Assembly (NCBI GenBank): GCA_902782455.1
Contig: CACZNA010000007.1
Coordinates: 3,865 to 67,864, forward strand
DNA length: 64,000 nt
Reading direction: 5' to 3'
Origin: an uncultured Bacteroidia bacterium
GTDB taxonomy: Bacteria > Bacteroidota > Bacteroidia > Bacteroidales > F082
The notes beneath the pieces are model-generated. The model did not search any database. It had not been told where the DNA came from and worked only from the letters and a program-made list of their open reading frames with translations. The first letter of the stretch is position 1; the number at the start of each line of letters is the position of its first letter. Below are positions 54,672 through 63,016 of the stretch, in pieces. A program made the translations under genes and the position numbers.

Positions 54672-57077
54672 ATGAAAAAGACTTTTTTACTTTGCATCAT
54701 CATTTTCGGGTTGTACCTTTCCTCAACCGCCAACCCTGTCGACCTGCAAACAGCCCAATTCGTTGCTGCCAAGTTCATGGGCACCAACGACTTGCAACTG
54801 GTCGTAACCTACCCAACGGACAAGAATGCACCAGCATTCTACGTCTTCAACACCGCTGACGGCTTCGTCATCGTTGCCGCCGACGACTGCGAAACACCCA
54901 TCATCGGCTATTCCCATGAAGGCCGTTTCGACCCGAACAACGTCCCCGTGCAGCTGGAGGATTACCTTCAGGATTTCGTCGAAAGGATACAATACAACAT
55001 TGAAAACCATATCGTTGCAGACGAAACCACGGCAAGTCAATGGGAGTTGGTGAAGGCCACGGGACGACTCAGCAACCGCAAGTCTGCCAAAGCCGTTGGG
55101 CCTCTGCTGACCGAAAGATGGAATCAAGGCTGCCGTTACAACAGCCTCTGCCCGACTGGACACGGCCCTTGCGACCATTTCGAAGTGGGATGCGTGGCAG
55201 TAGCTATGGGACAAATCATGCACTATTGGAAATACCCGGATACGGGTTGGGGCTCCCACTCCTACTCCAATCAAGGTGTCACGCTCTCAGCCGACTTCGG
55301 TAACACCGTTTACGACTGGGGCCACATGCCCGATTCGTTGACCGAAAACTCTAACGATGCCGAAATTGAAGCCGTGGCAACCCTACTCTACCATTGTGGC
55401 GTCTCGGTGGACATGAGTTATACGCAAAACAGTTCGATGGCCAACTCCAACGTCGTCCCTAAGGCACTCACCCGCTATTTCAATTACTCAAAGCGGCTCC
55501 ATATTGAAAAACGGAACAACTACAGCGATGAAGAATGGTCGCTCATGTTGAAGGACTGCCTTGACCTGCAACAACCCATATATTATACAGGGCATGGGCA
55601 ACAAGGCGGACACGCTTTCGTTTGCGACGGCTACGACGACAACGACTTGATGCATTTCAACTGGGGATGGGGCCGTGCCGACGGTTATTTCTCTTTGGGC
55701 AACCTGAATCCTCTTGGATATTCTTTCAACACCACACAGTCCGTCATTCTTGACATCTACCCTCATTATGAACCTTGCCTTGTTGTTGCCACCGCCAATC
55801 CACCAACAGCTGGCACCATCGAAGGCGCTGGAGAATACCATATCGGTGAACAATGTACGTTAAAGGTGACACCCTCACCAAACATCGACTTTTTCTACTG
55901 GAAAAAGGATGGCCAAATCGTTTCCAACGACCCGTCCTATACCATTGGCGTTGAAGCTGACACCATTATTCTCGAAGCCCATTTCACCTGCTTCCAAGTA
56001 GGCGAAATCGCTGCGAATTACTCGCCTGAGGCAAACAATCCAAACAGCACAAGCGTGAACCTGACTTGGAACCGCGCCGATACTGACTGGATACTCTTGA
56101 AACAGTTTGAAATTGGCGAAGAACTTGGCGGCTTAGCCACCGACGACGAACATATCTATGTCACCTACGCAGAGTGGAACAACCCTCCATTCGAGTTCGG
56201 AAAATACACCATGGAAGGAGATTTGGTTGAACGGTTCAACATAGAAGGCTTTAGCGGCGCCACATGCTTAGCCTACGATGGAACCAGTTTTTATTGCAAC
56301 GCCGCTTCTAGCTTTTATGAAGTATTGTACCGTGTCGACCTCGACAACAAGACAATCACCGACAGCACAGACATAAACATGTGGTTCGGGACGTTGACTT
56401 ACGACCCCGATTATGATGGTTTCTGGCTTGGCCATGATTATCAAGCAATCCTCTACAACCGTCAAGGCCAAAGAATCATGACAAGTCCTACAACACATTT
56501 TGATTACATAAACGGCGCAGGATATGTAGTGGCAGAAGACGGGAATCCACATCTGTTGATGTCGTTGGAATTCGGAGTTTACGATTATGACATCGTCAAC
56601 AACTTCATCTTCGACCATCCATTGCTTGCTTTTGGCGAAGGTGGTAACGAAAATTTAGGCACTTGCACCGGGAAATACCATGGGGAAGATGCTTTGTTTG
56701 TTGTTGTTGGCTACACCGTCTACATTTATAAGGTCAGGAGCAACCTTGCACAAATCGTCGGTTATCGCATCTATCGCGCCGACAGCGAAGGAAACACCAT
56801 AATGCTTGCCGACGGAATCAGTGGTGTGGAATACAACGACTGCACCTGGAATGATGCCGTTGCCGGCACTTACCGCTTCGGAATAAGCGAGATATTCTCC
56901 AACGGCACTGAGTCAGAAATCGTTTGGTCCGACTTCATCGAGAAAACAGACTTCGGCATCGGCGAAGACAATGGCGACCCAACCTGCCCGGCTGTCCGAA
57001 AAGTGTTCGAGGATGGTCATATCGTCATCATCAAGGACGGGAAACGCTACACCATCACAGGCCAACAGCTGAATTGA
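54672..57077 (+). CDS. Peptidase C10 family cysteine protease with uncharacterised C-terminal extension (tandem copy 2)
   Basis: Same motifs (VGCVAVAMGQIMHYW; GGHAFVCDGYDDNDLMHFNWGWG). 20 bp after copy 1. Near-identical signal/propeptide and the last ~100 aa. Confidence 0.85.
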   Translation: MKKTFLLCIIIFGLYLSSTANPVDLQTAQFVAAKFMGTNDLQLVVTYPTDKNAPAFYVFNTADGFVIVAADDCETPIIGYSHEGRFDPNNVPVQLEDYLQDFVERIQYNIENHIVADETTASQWELVKATGRLSNRKSAKAVGPLLTERWNQGCRYNSLCPTGHGPCDHFEVGCVAVAMGQIMHYWKYPDTGWGSHSYSNQGVTLSADFGNTVYDWGHMPDSLTENSNDAEIEAVATLLYHCGVSVDMSYTQNSSMANSNVVPKALTRYFNYSKRLHIEKRNNYSDEEWSLMLKDCLDLQQPIYYTGHGQQGGHAFVCDGYDDNDLMHFNWGWGRADGYFSLGNLNPLGYSFNTTQSVILDIYPHYEPCLVVATANPPTAGTIEGAGEYHIGEQCTLKVTPSPNIDFFYWKKDGQIVSNDPSYTIGVEADTIILEAHFTCFQVGEIAANYSPEANNPNSTSVNLTWNRADTDWILLKQFEIGEELGGLATDDEHIYVTYAEWNNPPFEFGKYTMEGDLVERFNIEGFSGATCLAYDGTSFYCNAASSFYEVLYRVDLDNKTITDSTDINMWFGTLTYDPDYDGFWLGHDYQAILYNRQGQRIMTSPTTHFDYINGAGYVVAEDGNPHLLMSLEFGVYDYDIVNNFIFDHPLLAFGEGGNENLGTCTGKYHGEDALFVVVGYTVYIYKVRSNLAQIVGYRIYRADSEGNTIMLADGISGVEYNDCTWNDAVAGTYRFGISEIFSNGTESEIVWSDFIEKTDFGIGEDNGDPTCPAVRKVFEDGHIVIIKDGKRYTITGQQLN

Positions 57078-57163
57078 CGATGATTTTGTATTTTTGCACC
57101 CTGTTTCGCAATAAAACCACGACAAATCAGTTTTAGTAGATGTGCAGATTTAGTTTACATAAT

Positions 57164-57235
57164 GGACTGCGGGACTGCGGGACTGCGAGACTGTGGGAAT
57201 GCGGGGCTGTAGGACTGCGGGGCTGTAGGACTGCG
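57164..57235. repeat. Octamer tandem repeat (GGACTGCG and variants) x9
   Basis: ggactgcg ggactgcg ggactgcg agactgtg ggaatgcg gggctgta ggactgcg gggctgta ggactgcg. Confidence 0.9.
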
Positions 57236-57248
57236 AGTCGAACAAATA

Positions 57249-57280
57249 CCCGAAGTCACGTGTCCCGAAGTCCCGAAGTC
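57249..57280. repeat. CCCGAAGTC short repeat x3
   Basis: cccgaagtc acgtgt cccgaagt cccgaagtc. Confidence 0.8.
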
Positions 57281-57335
57281 AAATAATAATACAGTTTAAT
57301 TTTGAACAGTTACTTAATCATATAATCGAGACAAG

Positions 57336-58169
57336 ATGAAACGATTCAGAATATTTGCCCTTTTGTTGGCTTTCGCGGTGGCCACCCCTACCCTGCTTCA
57401 TGCGCAAATCATTAAAGGTGAGCTGTTTGCAGGTGCCAATCTATGCCAAGTGGACGGTGACGAGTGTTATGGCTTCAAGAAAATCGGCGTCAATGCGGGC
57501 GCGGGTGCTTTGGTACCGCTCACCAAATGGATGGACGTAGGCCTTGAGGTGATGTTCAGCCAAAAAGGTGCTTTCAAGCGCGACAGCATCACCTACAACA
57601 GCACCTATCCCCATGCCTACAACCTGAAACTCAACTATGTGGAGGTTCCACTGATGCTCTATTTCACCGACAAAAACGTTGCCTCGATAGGCATCGGCGT
57701 TTCCTACGGGCGTTTGGTGGGCCTCAACGAATTGGATGACGGAAAGCCCTCCGACTACGAAGGCGTCAGCATAGGCACTGGCGACGGCTGCATCCATTGG
57801 CGTAACGACGACCCCAACCTGCCTGACATCAGCAAAATCGACGACATCGAAGAGCTGAACACCATCGTTTACCATCAATACCCCGACGTCACACACGTTC
57901 CAGAAGTGGTGGCCAACTCCAACACCTATCGCGCCAACGATTTCAACATTTGCGCCGACCTGCGTTTCCGCGTATGGGAAGGCCTGCATCTTGAGGCCCG
58001 CTACCAGTATTCGCTTAGCCCGCTGCGTTACAGGATGTTTTACAGTGACCCGAACCAACAGCTGCCCTCCCAAATCAGGAAACAGTACAACAACACCATC
58101 ACCATCCGCCTCGTCTACATCTTCAACGAGCACCGCAGCAAGGCCAACCGCGAAGCAATGCAAAAATAA
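57336..58169 (+). CDS. Outer-membrane beta-barrel protein (PorT/OMP_b-brl_2-like)
   Basis: Signal MKRFRIFALLLAFAVATPTLLHAQ. Alternating beta-strand pattern, NYVEVPLMLYF. Aromatic-rich C-terminal strand ITIRLVYIF. Confidence 0.6.
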   Translation: MKRFRIFALLLAFAVATPTLLHAQIIKGELFAGANLCQVDGDECYGFKKIGVNAGAGALVPLTKWMDVGLEVMFSQKGAFKRDSITYNSTYPHAYNLKLNYVEVPLMLYFTDKNVASIGIGVSYGRLVGLNELDDGKPSDYEGVSIGTGDGCIHWRNDDPNLPDISKIDDIEELNTIVYHQYPDVTHVPEVVANSNTYRANDFNICADLRFRVWEGLHLEARYQYSLSPLRYRMFYSDPNQQLPSQIRKQYNNTITIRLVYIFNEHRSKANREAMQK

Positions 58170-58181
58170 CATTACTTGCTT

Positions 58182-59399
58182 ATGGAAAACAGCAATTCGC
58201 TTATACCACTTTCCCAAGCCGTCGAAGCCATCAAAACCGCCATTCTGCAAGGCCAATACGAGGCCGCTAAAGAAGTCAATCGTGTGCAATTGGCAGTCTA
58301 TTTTGCCATTGGTAAATACTTGTCGAAAAACACAAAACGATTTGCTTGGGGTACAAGCGTAATGGATAAGATTAGCGAACAACTTCGTAAAGAACTTCCA
58401 GGATTGAGAGGTTTTTCTTCTTCCAACCTTTACGAGATGCGGAAATTCTATGAAGCATGGAAAATGTTGGACGCTGATTTTCCAGTTGCGTCTGGAAAAA
58501 TTGAAAATGCCCCCAATAATCCTAATATTATTGACGAATCTCAAGAACAATCAAATTATCCAGTTGCGTCTGGAAAATTACAAACATCTGATTATCACAT
58601 TGATATATACAACGCAATATCTATTCCAAATATAGCGGAATTCCCAATCGAGGACTTTTTCAAAGTACCTTTTTCTCACCATATAAGGATTGTTTCGTTG
58701 CAAAAAGAAGTGTATGCCCGTTACTATTACATCCACCGCACGGCAGAGGAACACTTGTCGGTCGAGGCTTTGGAAAGGCTCATCAAGCAGCAAGCCTACG
58801 AAAACCAAGAAAAATTGCCCAACAATTTCGTGCAGACCTTGCCCAACTCAAATTTGGCTCGCAAGGCCGTAATGATGTTCAAAGACTCTTATACGCTAAA
58901 TTTCATCAATGTGGAGGAAATTGGGGAACGCGACAAGGAAGATGTTGATGAAAGAGTTGTGGAACAGCAGATTGTACAGAATATCAAGAAGTTCATCATG
59001 ACTTTCGGGAAAGATTTCACTTTTGTAGGCAACCAGTATCATTTGGAAATTTACGGAGTGGAATTGTTCCCCGACTTGATTTTCTTCAACCGTGAACTTA
59101 ATGCCCTTGTGGTCGTTGAACTGAAAACAGGCGAGTTCAAAAGCGGATATTTGGGTCAACTGATGGGCTATTTGCAAATCCTTGACGACCATGTGAAGAA
59201 ACCGCACGAAAACCCTTCCATCGGAATCGTGCTTTGCAAATCGGCCAACAAAGCATACGTTGAATACGTGATAAAGGAATACAACAAACCCATGGGCGTG
59301 GCAACCTATCACACCTCTGACAACATGCCTGAAAACCTCCGCAAAGCACTGCCTAACATTGAGGACCTGAAAAGACTGCTGTCTGACGATATAAACTGA
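58182..59399 (+). CDS. YhcG/DUF1016 family PD-(D/E)XK nuclease domain protein
   Basis: N-terminal ..VNRVQLAVYFAIGKYL.., SSSNLYEMRKFYEAW. C-terminal nuclease core ..FPDLIFFNRELNALVVVELKTGEFK..GQLMGYL. Confidence 0.8.
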   Translation: MENSNSLIPLSQAVEAIKTAILQGQYEAAKEVNRVQLAVYFAIGKYLSKNTKRFAWGTSVMDKISEQLRKELPGLRGFSSSNLYEMRKFYEAWKMLDADFPVASGKIENAPNNPNIIDESQEQSNYPVASGKLQTSDYHIDIYNAISIPNIAEFPIEDFFKVPFSHHIRIVSLQKEVYARYYYIHRTAEEHLSVEALERLIKQQAYENQEKLPNNFVQTLPNSNLARKAVMMFKDSYTLNFINVEEIGERDKEDVDERVVEQQIVQNIKKFIMTFGKDFTFVGNQYHLEIYGVELFPDLIFFNRELNALVVVELKTGEFKSGYLGQLMGYLQILDDHVKKPHENPSIGIVLCKSANKAYVEYVIKEYNKPMGVATYHTSDNMPENLRKALPNIEDLKRLLSDDIN

Positions 59400-59405
59400 C
59401 CGGAA

Positions 59406-60896
59406 ATGCAGAACCGCTTTATCAAGAATATCATTTTCCTCTTGTTTCTCAATTTGTTGGTGAAGCCGTTCTGGATTCTCGGCATCGACCGTGAGGTGCA
59501 AAACCTGATTGGCGATGCGTCCTACGGCACCTACCAGGCCCTGCTCAACTTCTCCTACCTCTTTTATATATTGCTCGACCTCGGCATCACCAACTTCAAC
59601 AGCCGCGCCGTCGCGCAAGACCCGAAAAACCTTTCCAAACACTTCGGCGGACTTACAGAAATCAAGCTGCTGCTCGGACTGCTTTATGCCGTTGTCATCT
59701 TCATCGTCGGCTATCTGCTCGGCTATTGCGAAGGACTGAAATTCAAGTTGTTGTGCTGGTGTGGATTGAACCAAATCCTGTTGTCGTTCATCCTCTACCT
59801 CCGCTCAAACATACAAGGATTGTTGCTCTTCAAGCAAGACAGTATTTTGAGTGTTTTCGACCGCATTTTGGCCATCGTCATCATGAGCCTCGTGCTGTGG
59901 AGCGGCTGGTTCCCGAAGGAAAAGTTCAACGTCATCTGGTTCCTGCAAGCCCAAACTTTGGCTTACGTCTGCACCATCATCTTCGCTTTGACCATTGTGC
60001 TGCGCCATGTCGAGAAACTCAGTTTCAAAATCAACTTCCGGTTTTTCAAGGAGATACTGCGGCAAAGCCTGCCTTTCGCCTTGCTCGTGCTGCTGATGAG
60101 CGTCTATAGCCGCATCGAACCCGTCCTGCTTGAGCGACTTTTGGACGACCAAGGCACCCAAGCCGGCGTCTATAGCCGCGCCTACCGCCTCTTCGATGCG
60201 GGCAACAACATCTCCAACCTCTTCGCTATCATGCTGTTGCCCATGTTTGCCGCCACGCTGAAGAACAAGCTGGAACTCAACAACTTGGTCAAGACCTCGT
60301 TTAATGTCATTGTGGCTATGGCGGGTATCGTATTGATTATGTGCGTGTTCTATCGTCAAGAAATCATGCTGATGATGTATAGCCCCGAAAAAGCCGAAAC
60401 CGAAGCCGCTTACCTAATACGCATCGGGCAATACGCCAACGTGTTTCCCCTGTTGATGGGAAGTTTCTTCTGCCTGTCAACGACTTACGTTTTCGGGACC
60501 TTGCTCACCGCCAATGGAAGCCTCAAGCAGCTCAACCTTGTGGCAGCTGCGGGCGTGGTCATCAATATCTTGCTGAACCTCATCGTCATACCACGTTTCA
60601 AGGCGGTGGGAGCGGCCTGCACCAGCCTCTCTGTGCAAGCAGTCACTGCTTTCATGCAGTACATTCTCGCCAAACGCATCCTGAAGTTGGAAATACGCGG
60701 TCGCTATTGGATTCACGTTGTTGTTTTCCTTGCCATTGTAGTCTTGGTCACCTTCCTCGTCAAGCAACTGAATATCAATTGGATGATGGGCTTCGTCATC
60801 GCATTTGCGGTCAATTGCGCTACCATCTTCCTCACCCGATTGCTCAGCCTCAAGGAAATCATCGCCTTGGCGCTGCCCAAAGGAAAAAATGACTGA
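59406..60896 (+). CDS. Polysaccharide biosynthesis flippase (Wzx/MOP superfamily)
   Basis: About 12-14 TM helices. N-terminus FIKNIIFLLFLNLLVKPFWILGIDREVQN is typical of the Bacteroidota oligosaccharide flippase family. Confidence 0.7.
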   Translation: MQNRFIKNIIFLLFLNLLVKPFWILGIDREVQNLIGDASYGTYQALLNFSYLFYILLDLGITNFNSRAVAQDPKNLSKHFGGLTEIKLLLGLLYAVVIFIVGYLLGYCEGLKFKLLCWCGLNQILLSFILYLRSNIQGLLLFKQDSILSVFDRILAIVIMSLVLWSGWFPKEKFNVIWFLQAQTLAYVCTIIFALTIVLRHVEKLSFKINFRFFKEILRQSLPFALLVLLMSVYSRIEPVLLERLLDDQGTQAGVYSRAYRLFDAGNNISNLFAIMLLPMFAATLKNKLELNNLVKTSFNVIVAMAGIVLIMCVFYRQEIMLMMYSPEKAETEAAYLIRIGQYANVFPLLMGSFFCLSTTYVFGTLLTANGSLKQLNLVAAAGVVINILLNLIVIPRFKAVGAACTSLSVQAVTAFMQYILAKRILKLEIRGRYWIHVVVFLAIVVLVTFLVKQLNINWMMGFVIAFAVNCATIFLTRLLSLKEIIALALPKGKND

Positions 60897-60963
60897 AAAC
60901 CATATTTTTGATTGCCATTTCAACGAAATTCCCTACCTTTGACAACTCATTTATACTGAATCT

Positions 60964-62037
60964 ATGGACGATAGACAACCTAACTCATACAGTTCCAAAT
61001 ACTTATGCAGGCTTTTGGTAGACTATAGACGACCCATCCTCATCATTCTTGCAGTGGCCGCCTTCTGTGCCGTCATTTTCAGTGCACCTTTTTTCATCAC
61101 TCCACTGTACAAGTCAACGACGGTAATCTACCCCACCTCCAGCAACTCCACCTCCAAAGTGCTCATCAGCACCACTTACCAGTCGGAGAAAGACATCATG
61201 AACTTCGGCGAGGACGAGCAGACCGAGCAAATGCTGCAAGTGCTGAACTCAAACCGTGTGCGCGACAAGGTCATCTCCCGCTTCAACCTCATGGAGCATT
61301 ACAACATCAAGCCCGACAGCAAATATCCCTACACCAGACTCAACAAGCTTTACGACAGCCGAATCAAGTTCCGCCGCACGGAATACAACGCCGTGAAAAT
61401 CACCGTCCTTGATTCCGACCCCGCACTTTCGGCACGGATGGCCAACGACATTGCCGAGATTTTCGACAGTACGATGAACCAAATCCAAAAGGAAGTGGCG
61501 GTGAAGGCTTTCAGGCTCGTGGAAGACGAATACAACTTGCTCTGTGCAGAGATGGCCCAGTTGGAAGACTCGCTGAACACCTTGCGCAAGCTCGGCGTGT
61601 TTGACTATGAGTCGCAAGTGGAGATGCTCAGTCGCCAGATGGCCGTTGAGCTTGGCAAAGGCAACACCCAAGGCATCAGGAACATACAAGAACAATTGGA
61701 CATCCTTGCCGAATATGGTGGTGCTTCCTACGCCATCAACGAGCGCTTGGACAACGACCGTTTGCAACTCTCGTTGGTCAAGTCAAAATACGAAGAGGCC
61801 AAGATGGACGCCACGCAAGACATCCCGCGCAAGTTCGTAGTCACCTCTGCCTTCCAAGCCGAGCGCAAGAGCTATCCCGTGCGTTGGATTATCGTGGTAG
61901 TCACGGTGTTGAGCACCTTCCTGCTGCTCCTTTTCTGCATCGTGGCCTACGACCGCTCGCGCCACTTTTTTCGTGACAAGGCCGAGGAAAGAGCGGCCTC
62001 CACGACCCCAAAGAGAGAAAAAGCAAAAACAGCATAA
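60964..62037 (+). CDS. Wzz-like chain-length-determinant / polysaccharide co-polymerase family protein
   Basis: N-terminal TM followed by ..TPLYKSTTVIYPTS. Coiled-coil periplasmic region. C-terminal TM VRWIIVVVTVLSTFLLLLFCIV. Confidence 0.6.
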   Translation: MDDRQPNSYSSKYLCRLLVDYRRPILIILAVAAFCAVIFSAPFFITPLYKSTTVIYPTSSNSTSKVLISTTYQSEKDIMNFGEDEQTEQMLQVLNSNRVRDKVISRFNLMEHYNIKPDSKYPYTRLNKLYDSRIKFRRTEYNAVKITVLDSDPALSARMANDIAEIFDSTMNQIQKEVAVKAFRLVEDEYNLLCAEMAQLEDSLNTLRKLGVFDYESQVEMLSRQMAVELGKGNTQGIRNIQEQLDILAEYGGASYAINERLDNDRLQLSLVKSKYEEAKMDATQDIPRKFVVTSAFQAERKSYPVRWIIVVVTVLSTFLLLLFCIVAYDRSRHFFRDKAEERAASTTPKREKAKTA

Positions 62038-62077
62038 ACCCTTAACTGACAATATTTTGAAAACAACAAGAATACCA

Positions 62078-63013
62078 ATGGATAACAACTTCAACAATCT
62101 TTCATTAGTGCAAATCATCCTGAAATGGAAATGGCACATCGCCATCATCACTTTGGCAGCGGCCATCTGTGGTGCCATTTTTTCCAGTTCAATGTTCATC
62201 ACGCCTTTATTCAAGTCGGAGGCTGTGGCCTATCCCGCCAACATCAGCCCCTATTCAGACGAGAGCGAGACCGAACAAATGCTGCAAATCATCAACTCGC
62301 AGTCCATCACGGACTCCATCATTGAGAAGTATGACCTCTGGACGGACTACAAAATCGACAAGAACTACAAGTTTGCCCGGACTTACATGCTCAACGAGTA
62401 CCGCAGCAAAATCAAGATTGGCAAGACGCCCTACGAGGCCGTCAGCATCACCGTGATGGACAAAGACCCCATGGTGGCCTGCAACATTGCCAAAGACATT
62501 TTGAAATTCTACGACCAGAAGGTGCACGACCTGCACACTCAAAAGGTGGCTGAAGTGGTTGCCATGTACGACATGCAGCTCAAGTTGAAGCAGCGCGACA
62601 TCGACTCGCTGAAACAGGACCTTACCAACCTTGCCACCAACTACGGTGTGCTCAACTATTCCGGCCAGCTCCGCGAGGTGACGCGCGGTTTCATCAACGG
62701 CTCGTCGAAAGCCACCGACCTGAAGTCGAACCTCGAACAATACGGTGCCGATGCCGTCGACTTGGAGACCAAGATCATCGCCGAGGCCAACACCTATTCG
62801 CTCATCAAGAGAGACTACGAGCAGAACCTGCGTTTCTTCAACTCGCACCTCACCTACTCCAACATCATCACCGAGCCATTCCCCGCCGACAAGAAGGCCT
62901 TCCCCGTGCGTTGGGTGGTCGTCGCCCTGAGCGCCTTGGGTGCCTTGTTGCTCTCCATCGTAGTCATCTTCATCATCGAGAACCGCAACCGCTTCGTTGG
63001 CGAAACCAAATAA
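62078..63013 (+). CDS. Wzz-like chain-length-determinant family protein (paralog of 60964-62037)
   Basis: Start at MDNNFNN. ..TPLFKSEAVAYPAN.. and a C-terminal TM VRWVVVALSALGALLLSIVVIF. Same topology as the upstream gene. Confidence 0.6.
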   Translation: MDNNFNNLSLVQIILKWKWHIAIITLAAAICGAIFSSSMFITPLFKSEAVAYPANISPYSDESETEQMLQIINSQSITDSIIEKYDLWTDYKIDKNYKFARTYMLNEYRSKIKIGKTPYEAVSITVMDKDPMVACNIAKDILKFYDQKVHDLHTQKVAEVVAMYDMQLKLKQRDIDSLKQDLTNLATNYGVLNYSGQLREVTRGFINGSSKATDLKSNLEQYGADAVDLETKIIAEANTYSLIKRDYEQNLRFFNSHLTYSNIITEPFPADKKAFPVRWVVVALSALGALLLSIVVIFIIENRNRFVGETK

Positions 63014-63016
63014 GTT

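Noticed and set aside
57441-58550. 369-aa minus-strand ORF spanning the OMP and YhcG genes.
   Set aside because: It crosses the boundary of two well-supported + strand genes and has no signal, motif or promoter context. It is an antisense shadow ORF.
58470-58580. Internal direct repeat in the YhcG gene (ccagttgcgtctggaaaa twice, giving FPVASGKIEN / YPVASGKLQT).
   Set aside because: It lies in frame within the linker between the N-terminal helical and C-terminal PD-(D/E)XK parts. It looks like a simple intragenic duplication without a frameshift, and I see no evidence of separate function.
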